This document shows positions 8,378 to 19,710 of a DNA stretch of 64,000 nucleotides, piece after piece. Source of the DNA: an uncultured delta proteobacterium. Its GTDB lineage: Bacteria > Desulfobacterota > Zymogenia > Zymogenales > Zymogenaceae. Every line of letters begins with the position of its first letter. Within the stretch, counting starts at the first letter, position 1. The translations under genes and the position numbers were made by a program. Below the pieces are notes generated by a model. It saw only the letters and a program-made list of their open reading frames with translations, was not told where the DNA came from and did not search any database. The DNA lies in assembly GCA_963735595.1 (NCBI GenBank), contig CAVTLK010000001.1, positions 352,001 through 416,000 on the forward strand, given 5' to 3'.

Positions 8378-9762
8378 ATGCGCTGTCGTACGTATCTTTT
8401 TTCCGTTCTCGTGGCGCTCATCTCATCTTTACTCCCGCTCATTCCCCTCCCGGCCCTCGCCCAGGACGAAGGCGGCAAGCTTCCGCTGGCCTACACGTTG
8501 GAGGACTGCATACGGATTGCCGAGCGGCAGTCTCCGGCGATCATCGCGGCCTCCGCCGAGATGAAGCGGACCAAGGGCCTGATCTGGGAGGTCTGGACGA
8601 GCATCACTTTCGGTGAACGCGGACGGCACCTATACCTACTTCAACACGCCCCCCGGCACGACGTTTCCCGCCGGCATATTTGGTCCCGGCATACCGGCGA
8701 CCGATGTCTTTATGGGCCTGCCCACCCACGAGTCCTACAACGTGGGCCTGCAGGGGACGCTGCCGGTCTTCACGGGGGGACGGGTTGTCTCGGGGCTGGC
8801 GGTGGCCTATCTTTCGGACGACATCGCCGGTGAGCAGTACCGAAAGGCGGTAAACGACACGCTCTACAACGTGCGGGTCGCCTTTTATTCGATCCTGCTG
8901 GCCCGCGAGGTGGTCACCATCAGGACGGAGGCCCTGGACCTGTTGACGCGGCACCTGGAGACGACCCGGCTGAAGTACGACGTGGGGGTGGTATCGCGGT
9001 TTGACGTATTGCGCTCGGAGGTGGAGGTGGCCAACGCGAGGCCCCCGCTGATTTCGGCCAGGAAGGACCTGGTCCTGGCCGGGGAGACGCTCAAACGGGT
9101 GATGGGGGTGGACGTGAGCGAGCCCTTCGAGATCGAGGGTGAGCTGACGTTTGCCGAGGAGGCGGTTGATCTTGACGGGCTGTTGAAGGAGGCCGACGAG
9201 GCGAGCCCGGAGCTGATAATCGCCCGCAAGGCCGAGCGGATCGCGTCAAAGAACGTGAAAATGGCGTTTGGCGAGTTCCTGCCGATGATTACGACGTTTG
9301 CGCGCTACGAGGGGACGATCTACGATGATATTTCGTGGGAGCAGGACGACTGGGCAGTGGGACTGGACGGCGGGCGTGATGGTGTCCATGCCGATTACGG
9401 ACCTGCTGGTGACGGCCGCAAAGGTCAAGGAGGCCCGGGCAGAATACACGAAGGCGCGCGTGGGGGCGCTGGACACGGGCAATAAGATAAAGCTTGACAT
9501 CAAGGGCGCCTACTACGACCTGGTCGAAGCGCGGGAGATCGTCGATTCCCAGCGTCTGAACATCGAGGCGGCCGAGGAGGCGGTGAAGATCGCCGAGGTG
9601 CGCTACGACAACGGTATCAGCACGCTGCTGGAGCTGATGGACGCGCAGCTTGCCCTCACGTCGGCGCGCCTCAACTGGCTCAACGCCCTGTTCGGATACG
9701 AGGAGGCCAAGGCCCGTATCGAAAAGATCGTCGGCACGAAAGACGCTGGAAAGATAATATGA
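8378..9762 (+). CDS. TolC-family outer membrane efflux protein, split by two single-base indels (near 8609 and 9353)
   Basis: Signal peptide, TLEDCIRIA, PVFTGG, YDVGVVSRFDVLRSEVEVANA and RYDNGISTLLELMDAQ are spread over three consecutive frames. Confidence 0.85.
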
Positions 9763-9941
9763 ATCAGAAGATCACGACCTGCAGAACCGGAGGTTGTCAA
9801 CAGGCAGGTGCTTCCAGGAATCGGACATTATCGTAACGAGGGTATGATTTCTTTACTACCTGACGCGCATTTGAGCAAAATATATCGGCCGGTGCTGATT
9901 AATTGAATCAATGAGCCGGCAAGACCGGCCCGCACTACAAA

Positions 9942-11819
9942 TTACGACGCTTCTTTATCGGTGATCTCAGAAAAGAGGGGAAACGATAGCGTCACCTTCG
10001 TTCCTTCTCCCTTTACCGCGGCAATATCCAAGAGTCCGCCATTATTCTTCATGATATCCTTACATATGAATAACCCGAGGGCGACACGTCCCTTTTCTCC
10101 CATGTAGTCGGGGTTCTTTACCTTATCGAGGATCTTCTTATCCATCCCTATGCCCTGATCGTTCACTATTACCTGAACCGTGTTTCCCCTTTTTTGAGTT
10201 ACAATTTTTACTGTGCCGCCCTTGCGCATCGCATCGTCGGCGTTATTTATCAGGTGTACCAGGGCCTGTCTGATCATCGCGGGATACACGAAAACATCGG
10301 GGAGTTTCTTGCTGAATGCCGTATTGAGGATAATATTGTTATCTCTTAGTCTGGACTCGACAATCGGTATAAGACCCTCGATAATGCTGTTAATATTAAC
10401 CAGTTGTCGTTCTTCCTTCTTTGACAAATAGAAAACCCGGGACTGTTCGATGAGATTTCGGGTTCCTTCGAGCTCTTCGATGGTCCTCTTGAGCAGGCCT
10501 GCCTTGGGCGGTTCATTGCCGAGCCTTTCTATAAAGATATCCAGGTTGTGTTTTACCTTGAGTATCCGCTTATTAAGCTCCCGGACAAGGGTGGCAGACA
10601 TCCTTCCCGACGCCGCAAAGGTTTCCCGGGATATCAATTCCCGCATGAGTGTTTTTCGTTGCGAAATATTGTGCGCGAAGATCGCCACACGGTCTACTTT
10701 CCCTTTCGTATCGAAAACGGGGTATATCGAGTTATCCAGGTATAATCCGGCCCGCTCGTCCTCGAAACGAACCGGCCGTTTTGTTCGGATTACCTCCTGG
10801 CAAGACTCCCTCCTGCTCCTGATGACATCTTCCGAAAATATCTCGAACGCATTTGCCCCGATCATATCCTCGGCGTTTATCCCGATTAGCTTGGCCGCCG
10901 ATTCGTTAATAGCTATAATCGTACCGTTCACATCGACCAGCAGCGCTATGTCGGTGGTTGCGTTCAGGAGCACTTGTGCGGTTCTTTCGCTCTCTATAAG
11001 CGCCCGTTCAGCCTGTCTGGTTTCGGTAATATCTTGGATCATCACGACGATATCGTGCGAGCTGGTTTTTGGCGCATCGATAACCAGTCCAATGATGATA
11101 AGCTCCCGCTCCGTTCCATTCTTGTTCCGGTGCGTAATCTGGGTGGAATGGGCGCCGTACTTCAGGACTTCTCCGAAAAACGAATGGAACTCCCCATCCG
11201 TATCGTCGCCGAGTATGGTTGAAAAGTCGGTCCCAATCAGTCCGCTTCGCTTAGTGCCCAGTATGATCTCGAAGGCGGGGTTTGCTGCCATGACTATCTT
11301 TCTCTCGTCCAGTATGGATATCCCGATGGGCACATAATCGATGATTTCTTCGTATCTTCTCCTGGTCTTCTCGATTTCGGACTGCTTTTCCCCAACCCGT
11401 TTCTTCAATAACTCGCCCAGTTTCTCCAGGTGCCTCTCTATCTTTACCCTGTCCGAGACATCCTTGAAATGGAAAACCGCGCTGTTGCTTGTCGTATCCG
11501 GAAATGGGTAGATCGTTAACTCGAAAACGTGATTGCCCGTACCATTGGCTCGTTCCATATACTTGCATTCAAACCAGTGCGGACTCCCACTTTCTCCTTT
11601 AAAATAGCAAAATTCGCAGGGAGCGTCTTTGCTCAATAGACGCCGGTAACAACGGTCATCAAGGACACTCTTAATATCGGTGCCGAGTATATCGGCCATA
11701 GCCATATTAAGGCGTTTTATGGACAGGGTCTTGTCGATGATACAGATGGGATCGGGAATGCTATCGAAAACAATCAGGAGTTCCTTCTGCGCATTGATGA
11801 CTTTTTCCGACAACGACAT
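9942..11819 (-). CDS. Multi-PAS sensor with histidine-kinase-like C-terminus and degenerate H-box
   Basis: Three PAS-like segments; N box (LINNADDAM) and G1 box (DQGIGM) present; H-box reads LVRELNKR. Confidence 0.85.
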   Translation of the reverse strand: MSLSEKVINAQKELLIVFDSIPDPICIIDKTLSIKRLNMAMADILGTDIKSVLDDRCYRRLLSKDAPCEFCYFKGESGSPHWFECKYMERANGTGNHVFELTIYPFPDTTSNSAVFHFKDVSDRVKIERHLEKLGELLKKRVGEKQSEIEKTRRRYEEIIDYVPIGISILDERKIVMAANPAFEIILGTKRSGLIGTDFSTILGDDTDGEFHSFFGEVLKYGAHSTQITHRNKNGTERELIIIGLVIDAPKTSSHDIVVMIQDITETRQAERALIESERTAQVLLNATTDIALLVDVNGTIIAINESAAKLIGINAEDMIGANAFEIFSEDVIRSRRESCQEVIRTKRPVRFEDERAGLYLDNSIYPVFDTKGKVDRVAIFAHNISQRKTLMRELISRETFAASGRMSATLVRELNKRILKVKHNLDIFIERLGNEPPKAGLLKRTIEELEGTRNLIEQSRVFYLSKKEERQLVNINSIIEGLIPIVESRLRDNNIILNTAFSKKLPDVFVYPAMIRQALVHLINNADDAMRKGGTVKIVTQKRGNTVQVIVNDQGIGMDKKILDKVKNPDYMGEKGRVALGLFICKDIMKNNGGLLDIAAVKGEGTKVTLSFPLFSEITDKEAS

Positions 11820-12167
11820 GGCTGTAATGACCCCATTATTGGTATATGATCAATCGTACAAAATACCGGTGCGAACTAACAGGTGACCTTTTTGTATACT
11901 ACTATTCTTATCTTATATTCTGTGATATAGATCAAGTCCTATTAATTAAGGGCCTTTAGGACGGCGTATTACTCTAATTCAATTAGCACTTGATTCTCAG
12001 ATGTTATATGGTATCGGCCGCAATTAATGACTTCTATGAACCGGAGTGAAAATTCACCCGTCATATTCAATAACAGGCGGCTAACTCTTACGTTACTCTC
12101 CATTCAAGGTCATGACGCCGACGAGACATATCATGATCAGGATACCGGCGGTCAGGCGAACTCACTG

Positions 12168-13529
12168 TCATGTTCGTGTGAAATAATCCCAGATCTTCTT
12201 TATGGTCGAAAGCCCCACGCCGCGACCCCGAAACGGGCTTGCGAGGGCCGATAGTATCCGCTTCGGCGTAAAGTAGAAAGAGAAAAAGGCCCGCCTGAGC
12301 ATTCGTTGTATGTCCGCCGGCGAGAGATAATCCAGTTTCATGACCGAATGGAAGCAGTCGAACTTTTCCCAGTCCCGTTCGACTATTCGACTACGGTACT
12401 TATCGTAAATCGCCGTTCCCGGATAAGGAGTAAGAATTGAAAATTGTGCTCCACCAAGGCCGATGCGTTTTGAAACCCGGATCGTCTCTTTGATCATTTG
12501 ACGGGTTTCACCGGGCCATCCAATAATAAAGCTTCCCATCGTCTCTATCCCGTAATCTTTCAGCATTTTTATGGCCCGTACTGAGTCGGCGGATTTAATT
12601 GTTTTTCCGCAGTCCTCAAGGACCGAGTTATTGGCCGTTTCGATACCCATGAAGACATACCGGCAGCCCGATCGAGCCATATGCCGAACCATATCTTCGT
12701 TTTTTATGATAATATCTCCCCTGGAGAAGCACCACCAGAAGATATCGAGACGGCGGGATATAAGGCCTTCGGCGATGTCGATCACCCGCCTCGGATTCAT
12801 GGTAAAATTGTCATCCATGAAACAGACCGCCCCAAAATCGAAATCCTTCACGATCGATTCGATTTCGTCCAACACGCCGGCCGGAGATCGGCTCCTCCAC
12901 GTTGCGCCGGAGAAAACCGTAGATGAGCAAAAACCACAATTAAACGGACAACCGCGGCTGGTAACCATTGACGTTATGGCGCGCCCCCCAAGGCGGAGGC
13001 TCTTATATCGATTGATATTGAGCGCTTCCCTATCAGGATACGGGAGGGCGTCCAGGTTGTGTGGCGGCGGTCTATCGGGAGTATGGATTACCCGCCCCTC
13101 TCTCAAGAATGACACACCGTCGATCCCGGCGACATCTTCGCCAGTCGACAGGCAATGCAGGAGGTGTACGAAGGTCTCCTCGCCTTCTCCCCTGACGATA
13201 TAGTGCGCGTTTCCATCGGACAGGATATCATCCGCCACAAACGTTGCGTGGGGGCCACCCATAACAACGGTCGCACCCTCGTCTAATGCGGACCGCGCGA
13301 TCGACATGGCCCCGTTGTAGCGGGAGGTATCCAGCGATATTCCAACGACATCATAGTGACTGAGGTTCGGAAGGTTCTTTGCGTCATCCAGGTTCAGATC
13401 GCATACATCAACATCGTATCCCTCTCGTTTTGCGGCGGCTGCCAGATACCCGAGGCCAAGGGGCGGCAGGAGGAATCCCAGTTTATGAAATACGTCCCGC
13501 AGATATGGATAGACCAGTAGCAATTTCAC
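12168..13529 (-). CDS. Cobalamin-binding radical SAM protein (class B)
   Basis: PPLGLGYLAA, VVMGGPHAT, VRGEGE, TSRGCPFNCGFC, DDNFT, GIET, TPYPGT. Confidence 0.92.
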   Translation of the reverse strand: MKLLLVYPYLRDVFHKLGFLLPPLGLGYLAAAAKREGYDVDVCDLNLDDAKNLPNLSHYDVVGISLDTSRYNGAMSIARSALDEGATVVMGGPHATFVADDILSDGNAHYIVRGEGEETFVHLLHCLSTGEDVAGIDGVSFLREGRVIHTPDRPPPHNLDALPYPDREALNINRYKSLRLGGRAITSMVTSRGCPFNCGFCSSTVFSGATWRSRSPAGVLDEIESIVKDFDFGAVCFMDDNFTMNPRRVIDIAEGLISRRLDIFWWCFSRGDIIIKNEDMVRHMARSGCRYVFMGIETANNSVLEDCGKTIKSADSVRAIKMLKDYGIETMGSFIIGWPGETRQMIKETIRVSKRIGLGGAQFSILTPYPGTAIYDKYRSRIVERDWEKFDCFHSVMKLDYLSPADIQRMLRRAFFSFYFTPKRILSALASPFRGRGVGLSTIKKIWDYFTRT

Positions 13530-13604
13530 CGTCTATACACCCCTTGCCCGATGGACTTTCCCCGACAAAATACGCCTGGCGTGGATGAAGTCGTTTTGAG
13601 CATC

Positions 13605-16082
13605 TCACTTTTTGTCCCTGCCATCCGGCCGCCCTATCGCGATCAGAGAGGGAAGAAGGAAGATAGCCGTTACGAGACAAAGCGCCAAACCCATTACCGC
13701 CAGAATACCAATACTCTTGAGCCCGCTGTAACGCGAAAAAATGAGAGAACCGAAGCCTGCCAGTGATGTTAAGGTGGATATGACAACCGCCCGCCCCGTG
13801 AAAGACATTGCCCCGACAATCCCCTCCTCCGGATTTTCCCGATACCGGTGGTATAGGTGCGTATTGCTGTCTATCCCAAGCCCGATTACCATGGGGATGA
13901 CCACGATATTGGCGAAGTTCAGCGATATCCCGAACAGCCCCATACACCCCAGCATCCAGAGGATCCCAACACCCAGGGAGATGATACAGAACAACACCCC
14001 CTTGAGGCTCCTGAACTGTATGGAAAGGACGATAAGAACGCCCACTAAGGCCAGTATCGTCGCGACGGTAAAGTCCCTCGATATGATCTTTTTCAGCTGG
14101 CTTATTACCATCGTAATACTCGCCACCGATATTTCCGGGGATAGGCTCCTGATCTCTCCTACCAGGTCGCGGTCGATATCCTTTACCCATAGCCCTCCCT
14201 TAGGGTAGGCAAATATCGAGACGTACCAGGTATCACCGATTCTTGAGATATACTTCTTGACCATCTCTCCGGCAACCGAATCCGAGATACCTTCATAGGT
14301 TATCGGCTCGATTCGGCCGTCGGAAAAGCGTTCAAGCGAATCGATAAAGGGTTCAAACGGTTCCTGCCGAAATCCCACTTCTTCAAGGTCTTCGCGAAAG
14401 ACCTCTATTGTTTTATCCAGGCCAAGCGTCCGAGCGCGCTCGATATTTTCGCCCTGCTTTTTTGCCGACGGAAGGAAACTCCCCGGTCCTTCAACCGCTT
14501 CGATTTCGCTTCTTGCCGAGAGTATCGCCGTCGCCCGCTCCGATAGTATGAGCAGCTGCTCGAGATCAGTTCCCTGAGCGGTAACGATTATCTCGGGAGC
14601 GGGACTTGAGAATATGCTCGCTATCTTTGTCTGGACCTCAAGGGCCGGATTATCTTTTGGGCGCAGCTTGTTCGCGTCTACCTCGAATCCGACCCGAAAC
14701 GCGAAAATGATCGCGACGACCGTGACGGCCCCGGATGCCGCCAAGACAGCATATCTGCGCTTTACGACCCATGCCGCAAGCCTGCCGACACCGAAGGTCG
14801 GGACCTCAAGGTACTTAACGTTACCGCCTCTTATCTTCATATATCGTACGATTACCGACGGTAGAACCATAAAGTTTGACAAAAGCGTCAACAGGATACC
14901 GAATCCGCCGATTAGTCCCAGTTCCGAAAGACCGGTGAAACGCGTGAATACCATCGAAAAGAAGGCTATCGAGTTAGTCAGGGCCGCAGTCACGATCCCC
15001 TTTCCGGTTGTCATGAATGTCGTTTCGAGGGCCTTTTCGAGCCCTACTCCCTTAAAATTTTCTCCCAGAAATCCATTATAGAAATGGATCGAGTAATCAA
15101 TCCCGAGCCCGGCCAGAATCGCTCCGAATGCGGCCGTGACCATATTCAGATGGCCGAGCGTAAAACCGGCAAAACCGAGGGTCCAGAGTATTCCGAGATT
15201 GAGGCACGGGCCCACAAAAAAGAGAAACGAATACCTGCGAAAGACCAGGTAGAAGAGGATAAGTACCGAAACGAGCGCAATCATCAGTGTCCGCTGCAAA
15301 TCGCCCCGAATGGTCGACGCGTCCCCAAGTGCAATCGGATATCCACCGGTATACTCAACCGTTACGTCACTAAACTCAGAGTCGTGCCTAATTTCCCTCT
15401 CATATTCATCAAGCCGGGAAAAGAGCATTGAATCGAACTGGATGTCCTGCGGCGGCTTAACGGGGCGCGCCAGCATCAGGAGATGCTTTCCGTCTATTGA
15501 GAGGTAGTATCCTGAACCAGTATCGATCGAAAACCCTCCCTTTGTCGAGAATATCTCATCGTAGACAACCGAGAGGAAATCAAGGGGATCTGCTATAACG
15601 AACTCGGCGGTCGCGGAGGATATCGGAGTAAGCAGGAGGTTCTTATCGACCTTTAACGACTCTTTCATCGCACCCGGATCAAGTTTCCGCTCTATCCGCC
15701 CGAATGCCTCGTCGTCAAGATACAAAAAAATATTGGGTAGGTAGTGATGGAGAATGTATTGCTTGTCACGCTCGGTAATAGTATAACTGACTTCGGTGAC
15801 AAGTTCTGAACCGGATATTCTTTCGGCGAACTCGTCGGAAAAACTAATGAGGTCCTTTTTCTCGGGCGCGGATATGAGAATGACAAGGTAATCCAGCGTG
15901 CCCATTCGCTCCAGAGAATCCAAATAATCACTCACTGCCGGGTCATTCCGCGGAAGCATGAAGGCAACGTTGGAAACCATCGTGATCCTGGTCATGCCGA
16001 AGACTGCAAGTACTGTCAGAAGTACCGCCGCCAATAGGATGAGCAGATCGTGCCGATATATGAGGCGAGCCAATCTTTTCAT
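13605..16082 (-). CDS. MMPL/RND-superfamily transporter (HpnN-like architecture)
   Basis: Two repeats of a transmembrane bundle plus large extracytoplasmic loop, with GLGIDYSIH and GLGIDSNTH motifs. Confidence 0.88.
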   Translation of the reverse strand: MKRLARLIYRHDLLILLAAVLLTVLAVFGMTRITMVSNVAFMLPRNDPAVSDYLDSLERMGTLDYLVILISAPEKKDLISFSDEFAERISGSELVTEVSYTITERDKQYILHHYLPNIFLYLDDEAFGRIERKLDPGAMKESLKVDKNLLLTPISSATAEFVIADPLDFLSVVYDEIFSTKGGFSIDTGSGYYLSIDGKHLLMLARPVKPPQDIQFDSMLFSRLDEYEREIRHDSEFSDVTVEYTGGYPIALGDASTIRGDLQRTLMIALVSVLILFYLVFRRYSFLFFVGPCLNLGILWTLGFAGFTLGHLNMVTAAFGAILAGLGIDYSIHFYNGFLGENFKGVGLEKALETTFMTTGKGIVTAALTNSIAFFSMVFTRFTGLSELGLIGGFGILLTLLSNFMVLPSVIVRYMKIRGGNVKYLEVPTFGVGRLAAWVVKRRYAVLAASGAVTVVAIIFAFRVGFEVDANKLRPKDNPALEVQTKIASIFSSPAPEIIVTAQGTDLEQLLILSERATAILSARSEIEAVEGPGSFLPSAKKQGENIERARTLGLDKTIEVFREDLEEVGFRQEPFEPFIDSLERFSDGRIEPITYEGISDSVAGEMVKKYISRIGDTWYVSIFAYPKGGLWVKDIDRDLVGEIRSLSPEISVASITMVISQLKKIISRDFTVATILALVGVLIVLSIQFRSLKGVLFCIISLGVGILWMLGCMGLFGISLNFANIVVIPMVIGLGIDSNTHLYHRYRENPEEGIVGAMSFTGRAVVISTLTSLAGFGSLIFSRYSGLKSIGILAVMGLALCLVTAIFLLPSLIAIGRPDGRDKK

Positions 16083-16333
16083 GGGTGGGTACCCTTTGGG
16101 TAAGGAAGCGGGATACTCCGGGGACTCAGACTATACCTATCAGCGCGACCGCCGCCGTTTTGTTCTCCCCCGGTCCTATTTCGGTATTAGTTTTATACTA
16201 ACCGAAAAAGGGGATTTGTCAACTCCAATTAGAGGTGACATCCAGTTGTCCGGCCATCCGTTAACGTATTATATGCTGCTTTACATGTCGTATCAAAACG
16301 GCGTGTTTTTCCGATAAAGAAGAAACAAAATCC

Positions 16334-16362
16334 TTGACCGCCAACGGCCTATGCGTCATAAT
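16334..16362 (+). promoter_or_regulatory. Candidate sigma70 promoter
   Basis: TTGACC, 17 nt, CATAAT upstream of the ORF at 16395. Confidence 0.5.
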
Positions 16363-16394
16363 CCTACCTTCGCGAATTCCTACATTAGGATACC

Positions 16395-16778
16395 ATGATA
16401 ACCCGTCGCTTAGGCCGATATCGCTATTTCAAGGTCTTAGCCGCACTCCCTATTCTGGTGCTGATGGCATCCGCCGGCGCTACATGGAGCGCCGAGAATC
16501 CCTGCTCCTATTCAGGCTATCTCTGGGGAACCGGCGCGCGATCCTCGTTTGAGGTTTACTCTGATTCCGAAGAGCTTAGCGTCTTTTTTACCTGGCCTTC
16601 AGGTACTTCGGATTTCCGCATAAGGGTCACCGATAATGACGGCGTAGAGGAGCTTTCAGACAGATCCCTCAGCGAGGGTGACCTCTTTACCCTCACCGGG
16701 CCGGGTATATTCCACTTCGAAATCTACTCCAAATGGGGGGGCGGCTGTTGGAAGGCTACCGTCAAAAAAATTAAATAA
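16395..16778 (+). CDS. Hypothetical secreted protein, probably beta-rich, two Cys
   Basis: Signal-peptide-like N-terminus, AGGA ribosome-binding site, upstream promoter-like sequence. Confidence 0.65.
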   Translation: MITRRLGRYRYFKVLAALPILVLMASAGATWSAENPCSYSGYLWGTGARSSFEVYSDSEELSVFFTWPSGTSDFRIRVTDNDGVEELSDRSLSEGDLFTLTGPGIFHFEIYSKWGGGCWKATVKKIK

Positions 16779-16784
16779 AATATC

Positions 16785-16813
16785 TTGACATTTTATAGAA
16801 AAAGACATATATT
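16785..16813 (+). promoter_or_regulatory. Sigma70 promoter for rho
   Basis: TTGACA (16785-16790), 17 nt, TATATT (16808-16813); implies a leader of about 180 nt. Confidence 0.7.
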
Positions 16814-17002
16814 CACCGTAACCCCATAGTCAAACCACCAATTCCTCGCAGGTAGTACAAAAGGAACTATTTCCAAACAACGCACGTTCTAAATAGCACA
16901 CAATCGTTTGTAACAAAACAAGCTATTTTTTTATTTTAATCCCATACGATGTGCGATAACACATATCGCAACGAGTACCGCCACACATAAGGAAAAAGAC
17001 CC

Positions 17003-18298
17003 ATGGAAGAAAATGATATTGAGCTACCCGAAATCTCCCAGGATGTAATCATCAACCTTGTCGAGCTCAAGAGTAAAAAGATCAGTGAAATCCTCCATAT
17101 GGCACGGGATCTCAATATTGAGGGCGCCAGCACCATGACGCGCCAGGAGCTTATCTTTGCCCTCCTCCAGGCCCATACAGAGCAAAACGGCGTTATCTAC
17201 GGTGTAGGCGTCCTGGAAACGCTGCCCGACGGCTTCGGCTTCCTTCGCGCACCTGACTACAGCTACCTTCCCGGTCCTGATGATATCTACGTGTCTCCAT
17301 CACAGATCCGGAGGTTTTCTCTTAGAACCGGCGATACCATATCGGGCCAGATTCGTCCCCCGAAAGAGGGAGAGCGGTACTTCGCCCTTCTCAAGGTAGA
17401 ATCGGTAAACAATAGCCATCCGGATACATCCCGCGAGCGGATCATGTTTGATAACCTGACCCCGCTCTACCCGCAGGAAAAACTTAATCTCGAATACGAC
17501 AAGAAGAAATATTCCACCAGAATCATGGATCTCTTCACACCCGTCGGTAAGGGTCAGCGTGGCCTCATCGTCTCCCCTCCGAAGACCGGTAAGACCATGC
17601 TGCTTCAGGATATCGCCAACGCTATTACCTCAAACCACAAAGACATAACCCTTATCGTCCTCTTGATCGACGAGCGCCCCGAAGAGGTTACCGATATGGA
17701 ACGGTCGGTGGACGGCGAAGTGGTCAGCTCCACGTTCGATGAGCCGGCCTCCCGCCACGTCCAGGTCGCCGAGATGGTTATAGAAAAGGCCAAACGGCTT
17801 GTCGAGTATAAAAAGGACGTTATAATACTGCTTGACAGTATCACCAGGCTTGCCCGCGCCTACAACGCAGTCGTCCCACCGAGCGGCAAGATACTGTCCG
17901 GCGGTGTTGACTCTAATGCCCTTCATAAGCCCAAACGGTTTTTTGGAGCGGCCCGTAATATCGAAAACGGCGGAAGTCTCACCATCATAGCCACCGCCCT
18001 TATCGAAACCGGCAGCCGGATGGACGAGGTTATCTACGAGGAATTCAAGGGAACCGGCAATATGGAAATCCACCTCGACCGGCGTCTCTCGGATCGGCGG
18101 ATATTCCCGGCCATCGATCTTAACCGATCGAGCACCCGTAAGGAAGAGCTCCTCATGGATCAGGATGTGCTCAACCGCATCTGGATATTGAGAAAACTTC
18201 TGGCGCCCCTTACCTCCATCGACTCGATGGAATTCCTCATGGATAAGATCCAGGGGACCGAAACGAACGGCGATTTCCTCGCTAAGATGAATCAGTAG
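17003..18298 (+). CDS. rho: Transcription termination factor Rho
   Basis: [57 protein letters not shown]. Confidence 0.99.
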   Translation: MEENDIELPEISQDVIINLVELKSKKISEILHMARDLNIEGASTMTRQELIFALLQAHTEQNGVIYGVGVLETLPDGFGFLRAPDYSYLPGPDDIYVSPSQIRRFSLRTGDTISGQIRPPKEGERYFALLKVESVNNSHPDTSRERIMFDNLTPLYPQEKLNLEYDKKKYSTRIMDLFTPVGKGQRGLIVSPPKTGKTMLLQDIANAITSNHKDITLIVLLIDERPEEVTDMERSVDGEVVSSTFDEPASRHVQVAEMVIEKAKRLVEYKKDVIILLDSITRLARAYNAVVPPSGKILSGGVDSNALHKPKRFFGAARNIENGGSLTIIATALIETGSRMDEVIYEEFKGTGNMEIHLDRRLSDRRIFPAIDLNRSSTRKEELLMDQDVLNRIWILRKLLAPLTSIDSMEFLMDKIQGTETNGDFLAKMNQ

Positions 18299-18383
18299 TA
18301 ATTGTACGGACGATGGGTTACCCCATCTACCGATCATAATAGCGTTACGTACGATAGCCCGCTACAAAGGAGCAAGGATTGCG

Positions 18384-18596
18384 ATGAAAAAAGATCTGCA
18401 CCCCGCGTATATTGAATCGGTAATTAAGTGCGCGTGCGGTAACGAGATCACGACCCGTTCAACACAAGACAAGATCGCGGTCGAAATATGTTCTCAATGC
18501 CACCCGTTCTTCACCGGCAAACAGAAGCTGGTAGACACCGCCGGCCGCGTAGAGAAATTCAAAAGGAAATACGCCAACGTCGCCAAGAAGTCATAG
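18384..18596 (+). CDS. rpmE: 50S ribosomal protein L31, zinc-binding type
   Basis: [30 protein letters not shown]. Confidence 0.98.
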   Translation: MKKDLHPAYIESVIKCACGNEITTRSTQDKIAVEICSQCHPFFTGKQKLVDTAGRVEKFKRKYANVAKKS

Positions 18597-18620
18597 GCTG
18601 TTCTACAAACAAGCCATTAC

Positions 18621-18647
18621 CTGCGGGCAGACTACGTTTGCCCGCAG
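18621..18647 (+). terminator. Stem-loop after rpmE
   Basis: CTGCGGGCAGAC-TAC-GTTTGCCCGCAG; weak T tract follows. Confidence 0.45.
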
Positions 18648-18744
18648 AAGTTTTGCCGGAGGATACGGCTATCGCCTGACTCGGGGTGTTGGCCGTCTTC
18701 TTTCCGGTTTTTGGCACCTACTATATTTCCAAACGACTCAACCT

Positions 18745-19689
18745 ATGTATACAATAGAAAAACTGAAGGTCGGCGGGCAGGCCGTCATAGAAGGCGTTAT
18801 GATGCGCACCGAGAGCGCTTTAACGATCAGCGTGCGCAAAGCCGACGGAACCATCAAGACAAAAGAGGAGTATATCACCCCCCTTTCTCAACGGTACCCC
18901 CTTCTCAAGAAGCCGGTACTCCGGGGAGTTGTCGTCCTCTTTGAATCACTTGTGCACGGTATCTCGGCCCTCACCTTTTCGGCCAATGAGGCCGCCGAGG
19001 GGGAGGTTGAGGCGCCGATTTCTGCATGGGCTATGGCGTTGACAATCGTTGTTTCTCTCGCTCTCGGTATCGCCCTCTTTGTGGTTCTCCCGCACTTTTT
19101 GACTGTTCTGATCGGTGAAGGGATCTCGGTACCGATGGGAGTGAACACGATACTATTTCACCTCGTTGACGGAATTATAAAGGTAGCCGTCTTCCTCCTG
19201 TACATCGTCGGTATTTCTCTTATGCCCGATATTCGCCGCGTCTTTATGTACCACGGCGCCGAGCACAAGTCGATCTTTGCTTTTGAGGCGGGCGAGGAAC
19301 TGACGGTTAAAAACGCGCGTAAATACTCTACTCTTCATCCTCGCTGCGGAACCTCTTTTATTATCGCCGTGCTTCTCATCAGTATCTTCATATTCGCCGC
19401 TGTTTTCCCCTTCATGCCGGTGCTTCCCGGTATTCCCGGTTTTGTGCGCAATCTCGTATATGTTTTTATAAAGATCCCCCTGCTTCTGCCGATCGCCGGA
19501 ATCTCATACGAATTCATACGGCTGGCCGGTAACCGTACGGACAGCCGCGTAATTGCGGCCCTCTCCCTTCCCGGAATGTGGCTTCAAAAGATAACAACCC
19601 GTGAGCCCTCCGATGATCAGATTGAGGTAGCACTCGCGGCCCTTTCGCGATCAATCGAGCTATACCGAGAGAAAACCACGGCGACATAA
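18745..19689 (+). CDS. DUF1385 membrane protein
   Basis: VGGQAVIEGVMM, YHGAEHK, HPRCGTSF, LQKITTREP; usual position between rpmE and prfA. Confidence 0.93.
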   Translation: MYTIEKLKVGGQAVIEGVMMRTESALTISVRKADGTIKTKEEYITPLSQRYPLLKKPVLRGVVVLFESLVHGISALTFSANEAAEGEVEAPISAWAMALTIVVSLALGIALFVVLPHFLTVLIGEGISVPMGVNTILFHLVDGIIKVAVFLLYIVGISLMPDIRRVFMYHGAEHKSIFAFEAGEELTVKNARKYSTLHPRCGTSFIIAVLLISIFIFAAVFPFMPVLPGIPGFVRNLVYVFIKIPLLLPIAGISYEFIRLAGNRTDSRVIAALSLPGMWLQKITTREPSDDQIEVALAALSRSIELYREKTTAT

Positions 19690-19710
19690 CGACGTGAGGT
19701 CAAGGACCAG

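Noticed and set aside
10450..11337. Long antisense ORFs (also 31937-32770, 42406-43287, 62509-63462)
   Set aside because: They are shadows of well-supported genes on the opposite strand and have no motifs.
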